DNA from: Gammaproteobacteria bacterium
GTDB taxonomy: Bacteria; Pseudomonadota; Gammaproteobacteria; Natronospirales; REEB76
DNA length: 64,000 bases
Assembly (NCBI GenBank): GCA_035279405.1
Contig: DATEHU010000033.1
Coordinates: forward strand, 76,231-140,230
Direction of reading: 5' to 3'
A program made the position numbers and the translations under genes. Position 1 is the first letter of the stretch. Each line of letters begins with the position of its first letter. Below are positions 49,829 through 56,426 of the stretch, piece by piece. The notes beneath the pieces are model-generated. The model made no database searches. It was given only the letters and a program-made list of their open reading frames with translations, and had not been told where the DNA came from.

Positions 49829-50842
49829 ATGAAAACACCCGTACTTCCCTCTCTTTTGCTCGCTCTGTTACCGCTCCCCACGTTGGCGGCACCCACACTG
49901 CTCACGCCGCAAGCCGTCATCAAGATTCCCGGCGGCGAACACGGCATCGGTTTTGACGACATCGGCTACGCCGCGGCCTTGAACCGCATCACGGTTCCGG
50001 CGGGCGCCACAGGCAATCTGGTGCTGATTGATCCCGCCACCGACGCGCTCACCGTCATTCCCGGCGTAAGCGCACCGCCCGCGAACAGCAAGGAGCGCCG
50101 CGAGGGCACCAGCTCCGCCATGTATGCCGAAGGGTTCCTGTTTGCGAGTGATCACGACCCAGCCGAAGTCGTGGCCATCAATCCGCATAGCAAGGCCATC
50201 GTGGGACGCACCGCACTCGAAAGCGGACCGGACTATGTGCGCTACGTGGCTCGCACCCATGAAATCTGGGTGACCGAACCGGAAAAAGAGCAGATACAGG
50301 TTTTCAAATTATCCGTGTCCTCAAAGCCCATACTTACGCAGGAAGCCGTCATTCACATCGCCGGCGGTCCGGAATCTCTCGAAATAGACGATGCACGCAA
50401 CCGCGTCTACTCCAATCTCTGGAAGGACAAGACGGTTGAAATGGAACTCACCACGCACAAGGTGCTGGCCGAATGGCCGAATACCTGCAAAGGCTCGCGT
50501 GGCCTCGCGCTGGATGAGGAACGCGACCACCTGTTCGTGGCCTGTACCGAAGGCAAGGTGGCGGTGCTCTCGCCCGGCGAACACGGCAAAGTGCTGGCGA
50601 GCGCGCCGGCCGGCGCCGGCATAGACATCATCAGCTACAACCCGGCGCTGCATCATCTGTACGTGCCCGGTGCACGTGCCGCCACGCTCACGATCTTCGA
50701 TGTGTCTCCGGCCGGCGCACTCGAGGCGCTCGCCGTTTACAAAACCGCCGAGCATGCCCACTGTGTCACCGACGACAACCACGGTCACGTCTTCGTCTGC
50801 GACCCGCGCGGCGGCGACATTCTGAAAATAGACGACCGCTGA
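49829..50842 (+). CDS. secreted beta-propeller-like repeat protein (YncE/YVTN-like, tentative)
   Basis: 337 aa with the signal peptide MKTPVLPSLLLALLPLPTLAAP. It shows repeated ...G.p.gla.D......lfVa......v.v.d-type blades (for example RGLALDEERDHLFVACTEGKVAVL). The fold guess is by pattern only. Confidence 0.55.
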   Translation: MKTPVLPSLLLALLPLPTLAAPTLLTPQAVIKIPGGEHGIGFDDIGYAAALNRITVPAGATGNLVLIDPATDALTVIPGVSAPPANSKERREGTSSAMYAEGFLFASDHDPAEVVAINPHSKAIVGRTALESGPDYVRYVARTHEIWVTEPEKEQIQVFKLSVSSKPILTQEAVIHIAGGPESLEIDDARNRVYSNLWKDKTVEMELTTHKVLAEWPNTCKGSRGLALDEERDHLFVACTEGKVAVLSPGEHGKVLASAPAGAGIDIISYNPALHHLYVPGARAATLTIFDVSPAGALEALAVYKTAEHAHCVTDDNHGHVFVCDPRGGDILKIDDR

Positions 50843-50850
50843 GCTACCTT

Positions 50851-50958
50851 CGTTCGCCCTGAGCGTAGTACCGCAGGTACGAAGTCGAGGGGTGGAGTAC
50901 GGGAATTTACCGTGCTCCGACTTCGCGGGACGGCATTCCGCTACGCTCAGCACGAACG
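50851..50958. repeat. 108-bp element with 18-bp terminal inverted repeats (cgttcgccctgagcgtag ... ctacgctcagcacgaacg), copy 1
   Basis: Read directly; the termini match at 16 of 18 positions. The inner pair is gaagtcgag / ccgacttcg. Homologous termini occur at 60866-60959. Confidence 0.7.
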
Positions 50959-50992
50959 CTTTAAGATTCTGAATGGTCTCTGGAAATGATCA

Positions 50993-51658
50993 CTATTGGT
51001 TCAGCCATTTAGGGCCACTGACAAACGGATTGCCGCGCTCATAGAAACGCAGCCGGCGGTCCGCGTCCTTGGTGATGCCGATGCGCACGCCGCGGCCGAT
51101 GCGTCCAACCGGCCGCAAGGCGTGCGCCAGCCACAGCGGGCCTTGGGCACACAAGTCCAGGCCGTCCAGTTTCATGGTCACGCGCAGTGCCGCCGCCAGG
51201 CGTCCCGGCCCGCGCGCCAGATCCTTGTCCGCGACATGGCTGCGGCCGCGCTTCATCAGCTCCTCGCCAGCCAGCGGCTCCAGTGCGCGGAACAACACGG
51301 CCGCGCCCACCCCCTCCTTTTCCGCGCTCACGTTCAGCATGTAGTAATTGCCGTAAATGAAATACACGTAGGCATGCCCGGGCGGCAGAAACAGCGAACG
51401 GTTGCGCTTGGTCATGCCGTTGAACGCGTGACAGGCCTTGTCGTAAGGCAGATAGGCTTCGGTTTCCACGATACGCCCGATGATCCGGCGTTGAGGCAGT
51501 TCGCGCACAAGCGTCTTGCCGATGAGATACCGCGCAAGTTTGGTCGCGGCCACGGGCAGGCTGCGGCGTGACAACCGCCGCAAGGAACTGATGGACGACG
51601 TCGGGATGCTCACGCGATCAGCTTCACGAGCCGGGTTCGCCCGTCTCACGCTGGACAA
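50993..51658 (-). CDS. mpg: DNA-3-methyladenine glycosylase (AAG/Mpg family)
   Basis: 221 aa. LARYLIGKTLVREL...GRIVETEAYLPYDKACHAFNGMTKRNRSLFLPPGHAYVYFIYGNYYMLNV. Confidence 0.85.
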   Translation of the reverse strand: MSSVRRANPAREADRVSIPTSSISSLRRLSRRSLPVAATKLARYLIGKTLVRELPQRRIIGRIVETEAYLPYDKACHAFNGMTKRNRSLFLPPGHAYVYFIYGNYYMLNVSAEKEGVGAAVLFRALEPLAGEELMKRGRSHVADKDLARGPGRLAAALRVTMKLDGLDLCAQGPLWLAHALRPVGRIGRGVRIGITKDADRRLRFYERGNPFVSGPKWLNQ

Positions 51659-51736
51659 CGTAAACCGTGCCGCGGCATGGCCACCCTCTCATCGAGATTC
51701 CCATGCACCCACTATGGCATACGGCACACTCATGGG

Positions 51737-51768
51737 AAATAAAAAGCCCCGCCGCGAACGGCAGGGCT
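51737..51768 (-). terminator. rho-independent terminator of the RRM-protein gene
   Basis: The minus-strand RNA reads AGCCCUGCCG-UUCG-CGGCGGGGCU (10-bp stem with one G.U pair and a UUCG loop), followed by UUUUUAUUU. It lies 37 nt downstream of the stop at 51805. Confidence 0.85.
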
Positions 51769-51804
51769 TTTCATCGTCTGAATCAAATCAGACACACCGC
51801 AGAT

Positions 51805-52116
51805 TTACCACCGAGAGCGGTTACCACCACCATTACCGCCACCGCCAGAGCGGAAGCCACCGGTACGCGGCTTGTCGGTGGCAACGCTGACCTTGAGCGG
51901 ACGACCGCTGAGGTCCTTGCCATTCTGCTCGAGCGCCTTCTCCGCCGCGGCCTGGGTCGCGAAGGTGATGAATCCGAAGCCCTTGGGGCGGCCGGTATCG
52001 CGATCCATGATCAGGGCCAGTTCTGAAATTTCGCCGTACTGGGAAAAGATTCCGCGCAACTGCGTTTCATCCACCGAGTAAGGAAAATTTCCCACATACA
52101 GTTTGTTCTGTGACAT
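51805..52116 (-). CDS. RRM-type RNA-binding protein with a Gly-rich tail
   Basis: 103 aa. RNP-2 is KLYVGNF and RNP-1 is KGFGFITF. The C-terminus is ...GGFRSGGGGNGGGNRSRW. Confidence 0.9.
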   Translation of the reverse strand: MSQNKLYVGNFPYSVDETQLRGIFSQYGEISELALIMDRDTGRPKGFGFITFATQAAAEKALEQNGKDLSGRPLKVSVATDKPRTGGFRSGGGGNGGGNRSRW

Positions 52117-52155
52117 TGCAATCTCTCTTAAAAGTAATGGATAACTTGAACGTTT

Positions 52156-52431
52156 GTTCTCGAAAACAGTGGCGGGTAATGACTGTCAGAAGCCATCTCA
52201 AAAATGACTGGGTACGCGCAGAGCACGACTGGCATTAGCGGGAAACGGGGGCGTACAGGGCGGTACACAAACGAGGTACGGGGATGTACGGGTGCCGCGC
52301 AAGCCCTGAAAGTCCCCGGTCGGGGAGGAAACAGGATGCCGAAGCGGCGATTCCGAGCTGACGCTACTGGGCTTTGCCAGACGCAGTGGTTTTTGAGATG
52401 GCTTCTGAATACCGCTGACTGTGTTGAGAAC
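52156..52431. repeat. long-range inverted repeat (perfect 18-bp core, about 45-bp imperfect arms) enclosing about 185 nt
   Basis: cagaagccatctcaaaaa at 52187-52204 is the exact reverse complement of tttttgagatggcttctg at 52390-52407. The arms extend imperfectly out to gttctc (52156) and gagaac (52431). Confidence 0.8.
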
Positions 52432-52642
52432 GCGCGCTTTATACCACGTCCTGCGGAATATAGATAGCAAAGACAGAAGCTAGACGGAGCTATGGCCGTT
52501 TTGCTCGATGTTCTCGAGACCACAAAATGTACACAGCCGTGTCTTGCATGCTCCCCGGGCCGGGACTCCCCGAACTGCGTGGAGAACGCCATGAGTTCGC
52601 TAGTGGGTCCGCGTCGCAAAGGAAGTGGCGAAGCCATCCTGA

Positions 52643-53326
52643 TCAGGATTTTAGCGGCTGGGGACGTGTGGCTCCGATAGGCAAATCCACCGCCCGCTTC
52701 ATCTGGGGCGTATCAAAGATGCCGGGGTCACGCAGATAATCCTGCATCATCTCCAGCGAATCCTGGCCCCAGAACAACTGCTCCCCGATAAGGAAAGTCG
52801 GTACGCCGAAAACGCCTTTGGATATGGCGGTATCGGTGTTGGTTTTCAACTTCGCCTTGATTCCGGGATCAGCCAATGTCGCCTGAGCATCCTTGATTCC
52901 AAGCCGCCGCCCCAGCTCGGCAATTTCCCCGGGGTCCTGTAAATCCCGCCCTTCCTGCCAGATCATGTCGAATGCAACCGCCACATTCGCAGGATTTGGC
53001 CCGGCGGCAATGAGCAATCGCTGCGCGGCCAGTGAATTGAAGGGATGCGAGGGCGGCATCTTGAACGGAATCCCCAGATTGCCTGCGAGCCACGTCACAT
53101 ACCGATAGGTGTAGGTTCGTTTGGCCGGGATTTCCGCCGGACCCTTTTGGTCCCAGTGCTTCAGCAGCCCTGCGAGCAGGACGGGAACGTATTCAATTTC
53201 AAGGGACTCAGGGAGCTTGTGCAACAGTTTGAGATGCAGATACGCAAACGGAGAAATCACATCAAAATACCAATTCGCGCGAGTCATCTTGCACTCCAGC
53301 ACAGACATGAAACTGTAGTCTGCCAC
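52643..53326 (-). CDS. 2-hydroxychromene-2-carboxylate isomerase family protein (DsbA-like fold)
   Basis: NWYFDVISPFAYLHLKLL..., then ...GVFGVPTFLIGEQLFWGQDSLEMM. The likely start is the internal ATG at 53287. Confidence 0.75.
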   Translation of the reverse strand: MADYSFMSVLECKMTRANWYFDVISPFAYLHLKLLHKLPESLEIEYVPVLLAGLLKHWDQKGPAEIPAKRTYTYRYVTWLAGNLGIPFKMPPSHPFNSLAAQRLLIAAGPNPANVAVAFDMIWQEGRDLQDPGEIAELGRRLGIKDAQATLADPGIKAKLKTNTDTAISKGVFGVPTFLIGEQLFWGQDSLEMMQDYLRDPGIFDTPQMKRAVDLPIGATRPQPLKS

Positions 53327-53388
53327 TGATTATTTAGATATTCGCTCTGACCCCATTTCTCCCACCTTTCTCCTCAGCACGCGGTCCG

Positions 53389-54150
53389 TTACCAAACCCG
53401 CGGCAGCGTGTGCCAGATGACGTAAGCGACCATCGCAAACAGGAACACGCCAAAAATCCGTCTGAGTAGCGCCTGCGGCAGGCGCTTCGCGAACTGATGT
53501 CCGGCGAGACTTCCGGCCGCGCCGACGAGCACGAACACGCCGATGATCCGCCAGTCCACGTGCAGGCCTTGCGCCGACAGCGAGAGCAGATGGCGCACGA
53601 AGCCCGTGAATGCCGCCAGCATGATGACCACCAGACTGGTGGCGACCGCCTGGCGCATATCGAGCCCCCCGAGAAGCACCAGCGCAGGCACGATCAGAAA
53701 CCCGCCGCCCACGCCCACGATACCGGCCAGTACGCCGACGCCGAATCCAATGAGCACGATCTTCCAGAGCACGTGGCGGCGGGGTTCCGCGGCTTCGGTG
53801 ACACGCCGTCGCAGCATCATAACCGCCGCGGTCAGCATTACCGCGGCGAATATCAGCAGTTGCACCTCGCCGGAAAGGAATTCCGCAATCCAGGCTCCGG
53901 CCCAGGCCCCGGCCATGTCCGGAATTCCAAACCACAGCACCCAGCGCCACTGCACCAGCCGCTGCCGGGCATACGGCAGCGCACCCACGAGGCTGATGCC
54001 GCCCACGATGCCGAGCGAGGCGCCGATGGCGAGCTTGTCCGGCATGTGCACCAGATACAGCAGCACCGGCACCGTCAGGATGGAACCGCCGGAGCCCAAA
54101 AGCCCCAGGACCAGGCCAATCAGTACCGCACCGAGCAAGGCAAGCAGCAT
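53389..54150 (-). CDS. TauE/SafE family sulfite/anion exporter
   Basis: I moved the start to the ATG at 54150. MLLALLGAVLIGLVLGLLGSGGSILTVPVLLYLV; polytopic membrane protein. Confidence 0.8.
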   Translation of the reverse strand: MLLALLGAVLIGLVLGLLGSGGSILTVPVLLYLVHMPDKLAIGASLGIVGGISLVGALPYARQRLVQWRWVLWFGIPDMAGAWAGAWIAEFLSGEVQLLIFAAVMLTAAVMMLRRRVTEAAEPRRHVLWKIVLIGFGVGVLAGIVGVGGGFLIVPALVLLGGLDMRQAVATSLVVIMLAAFTGFVRHLLSLSAQGLHVDWRIIGVFVLVGAAGSLAGHQFAKRLPQALLRRIFGVFLFAMVAYVIWHTLPRVW

Positions 54151-54193
54151 GCGGAAATCTTTCCGGTTTGAGGCGCGCCAGTATATAGAATGA

Positions 54194-55099
54194 GTGAGTA
54201 AAACAGGCCGGGAGCATGTCGTGTCCGCCGAGATCACCGCTTTCTTCCACAAGCCCTCCTCCACGTTCAGCTACGTGGTGAGCGACCTCGCCACGCGGCA
54301 CGCCGCGGTAATTGATCCGGTGCTGGACTATGACGCCGCCGCCGGCCGCACGGCTGTGGAATCGGCGCAGACGCTCGTGGATTTCCTGCGCCGCAGCGGC
54401 TGCACGCTCGACTGGATTCTGGAAACCCACGCGCATGCGGACCATCTGAGCGCCGCGCAATTCGTCAAGGGCGAACTCGGTGGACGCATCTGCATCGGCG
54501 AAGGCATTCGCCAAGTGCAGCAAACTTTCAAAGCGTTCTACAACTTGGGGGGTGAATGCAAACCCGATGGCCGTCAATTCGATCATCTGTTCAAGGACGG
54601 CGAGATATTTCAAATCGGCACACTGGAAGCGCGCGTCATGGCCACGCCGGGGCACACCGGTGACAGCGTGACCTACGTGATTGACGGCGCCGTTTTCGTG
54701 GGCGACACGCTGTTCATGCCGGACTCCGGCACGGCGCGTTGTGACTTCCCGGGATGCGATGCCGGCACGCTCTACGATTCCATCCGCAAAATCCTGTCAC
54801 TGCCGCCCGAGACACGCCTGTTCATGTGTCACGACTACGCACCCGGCGGACGCGAATACAAGCATGAAACAACGGTAGCCGAACAGAAGCGCGCCAACAT
54901 CCACGTCCATGACGGCGTGTCGCGCGCAGCCTTCATCAAACTGCGAACTGAACGCGACAAAACCCTGAGCGTTCCGGCGTTGTTGCTGCCTGCCATCCAG
55001 GTCAACATCCGCGCGGGCCGCTTGCCCGAGCCCGAAGGCAATGGTGTTAGCTATCTCAGGATTCCTCTCAATATCAACTTATCCAATCAGAAATCATGA
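54194..55099 (+). CDS. MBL-fold metallo-hydrolase (persulfide-dioxygenase-like, tentative)
   Basis: It has the ETHAHADH metal motif, ...ATPGHTGDSVTYV... and ...GDTLFMPDSGTARCDFPG.... The track ORF starts at a GTG (54194); an alternative in-frame GTG lies at 54221. Confidence 0.8.
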   Translation: MSKTGREHVVSAEITAFFHKPSSTFSYVVSDLATRHAAVIDPVLDYDAAAGRTAVESAQTLVDFLRRSGCTLDWILETHAHADHLSAAQFVKGELGGRICIGEGIRQVQQTFKAFYNLGGECKPDGRQFDHLFKDGEIFQIGTLEARVMATPGHTGDSVTYVIDGAVFVGDTLFMPDSGTARCDFPGCDAGTLYDSIRKILSLPPETRLFMCHDYAPGGREYKHETTVAEQKRANIHVHDGVSRAAFIKLRTERDKTLSVPALLLPAIQVNIRAGRLPEPEGNGVSYLRIPLNINLSNQKS

Positions 55100-55242
55100 C
55101 CACTCGAAAACTCAAAAAGGTTCCTCTCGGAAAATCTCGCGCTGTTACGGATTCCCGTGTGAAGTCGCTGCTAGGCAAGTATAGAGGCAAGAGGTTGCTC
55201 AGGGCTCTGGCGATGGAGAAGAAACGGGAACGGGAGATTTGA
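55096..55242 (+). CDS. small basic ORF (48 aa) of unknown function
   Basis: Translated by hand: MTTRKLKKVPLGKSRAVTDSRVKSLLGKYRGKRLLRALAMEKKREREI. Its ATG overlaps the preceding stop (ATGA). It is below the 60-aa cut-off of the track. There is no other support for it. Confidence 0.3.
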   Translation: MTTRKLKKVPLGKSRAVTDSRVKSLLGKYRGKRLLRALAMEKKREREI

Positions 55243-56300
55243 CGACAGCCGATAATCGCTATGCGGATTCAGCGTTTCGATCGCAAAAATACGGAGTCCC
55301 GATGAAAATCGAGATATTTTCGCTGACCGCTGGTGAATTGTCCTACCTTCGTAAGGTTCTCTGTGGGCACCCCCATCTTTTGCAGTGAAGGTTTATGCGC
55401 TACCGGAGAAACCAGCAGTGTGCCGTCGTTATCGAAAGAGATGAAGCCGCGGTCAAAGAGATGGTCAATAGACGGCGTAAGAAGGAGGCCGTTTTCTCCA
55501 TCCAGTCGCTCCTCATTGGAGCTGTCACGCCAAGGTTTGCAATGGCTGGCTATCAAGTGCTCGGGCCGCTCAACTTTTGTTACGCGGCAGGAGTGTTCAA
55601 TTAAAGCAACGCGTTGTTTGAACATACCCTGACCGCGGCGTGCAAGTATCAGCGCAGATTTCTCTGTTTCCGGAATTTTCTTGTCTGATTCAATTACGGC
55701 CTTTATATGGTCTTCCCAGTTTTGCACATCATCGAAATTTTTCGGGGCGTACTGAGTGTCAGCTTTTGTTGCCCGCTCCCAGAATTGTCGGGCTTCAAAG
55801 CCGATGAGAGCGAGTAACTCCTGAGCCAGAAGCGGCTCAATCCAGGTGAGGTAAATAGCTTGATTTCCGCGCCCGGATGATTGCAAGGGAGAATAGCGCT
55901 CGGGCAGATAGGGGCGCAAGCGCTCGATATTGTCTATTGGCTTTATTTGGTGTTCGAGCACTCTGAAATCCACGTTCACACACCAACCGATCCGGTTCCA
56001 ATTTGGGCCAGCGTTGCCGAATTCCGGAGGTTTGGGGGCTTCTCGTGCATAACTGGTGGCAAGCCCTAGTGCTTTGATCAATGTATCTTCAAACGAGAAT
56101 ATGAGGTCGCTTGGCGCCACTTCCCGCATTGATTCGTAAAATGGATTGATTGAACCATCGGATTTACGTTTAGGTGACCAGAGATAACCGCCTCGAACTT
56201 CTTGTTCGAAAGTCTGATTCTGATTCACCCACCAGAATTTCATTGTGAAGGGCACATGCGATGGCATCGTCTTTTATGGCCACCGCAATTGTAGGTCATC
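55100..56300. other. second AT-richer islet (small ORF plus HNH endonuclease) between core genes
   Basis: Hand-counted lines give about 38-55% G+C against the GC-rich flanks. No integrase or convincing flanking direct repeat was seen. Confidence 0.55.
55269..56267 (-). CDS. HNH endonuclease (HNH_2-type nuclease domain) with an unassigned N-terminal domain of about 170 aa; candidate restriction-type nuclease
   Basis: The C-terminal part (aa 208-285, nt 55413-55646) reads RRGQGMFKQRVALIEHSCRVT...LIASHCKPWRDSSNEERLDGENGLLLTPSIDHLFDRGFISF. The N-terminus is MKFWWVNQNQTFEQEVRGGYLWSPKRKSDGSINPFYESMREVAPSDLIFSF. A possible true start is the ATG at 56243. Confidence 0.8.
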   Translation of the reverse strand: MPSHVPFTMKFWWVNQNQTFEQEVRGGYLWSPKRKSDGSINPFYESMREVAPSDLIFSFEDTLIKALGLATSYAREAPKPPEFGNAGPNWNRIGWCVNVDFRVLEHQIKPIDNIERLRPYLPERYSPLQSSGRGNQAIYLTWIEPLLAQELLALIGFEARQFWERATKADTQYAPKNFDDVQNWEDHIKAVIESDKKIPETEKSALILARRGQGMFKQRVALIEHSCRVTKVERPEHLIASHCKPWRDSSNEERLDGENGLLLTPSIDHLFDRGFISFDNDGTLLVSPVAHKPSLQKMGVPTENLTKVGQFTSGQRKYLDFHRDSVFLRSKR

Positions 56301-56317
56301 CCGGTAACCGATGACGC

Positions 56318-56348
56318 ATAAAAAAGCGCCGCCTGTTCATGCAGCGCT
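56318..56348 (-). terminator. rho-independent terminator downstream of hppA
   Basis: The minus-strand RNA reads AGCGCUGC-AUGAACAG-GCGGCGCU (7 of 8 positions paired), followed by UUUUUUAU. Confidence 0.7.
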
Positions 56349-56357
56349 TGGATTCCC

Positions 56358-56418
56358 TGTAGGAGCGGCATTCTTGCCGCGATCTTGCAGAATCGCGGCC
56401 GAGACGGCCGCTCCCACA
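56358..56418. repeat. REP-like nested hairpin (tgtaggagcggc ... gccgctcccaca)
   Basis: The outer stem is ggagcggc/gccgctcc and the inner stem gccgcgat/atcgcggc. A related 5' half, tgtgggagcggc, recurs at 60821-60832. Confidence 0.65.
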
Positions 56419-56426
56419 AAAGATAG

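Noticed and set aside
52187-52407. The long-range inverted repeat considered as a 6S RNA (ssrS) gene, because its ends pair like a 6S closing stem and contain a GAGAUG/CAUCUC pair
   Set aside because: The ~220-nt span, the missing zapA/ygfA context, the arm orientation relative to E. coli 6S and the lack of an identifiable central bubble gave no real support. It is kept only as an unassigned structured element in the findings.
55090-56290. Search for att-like direct repeats flanking the HNH islet (tcatgaccactcg at the left edge versus ttatggccaccgc at the right edge)
   Set aside because: Only about 10 of 13 positions match. That is too weak to call a target-site duplication, and no integrase is present.
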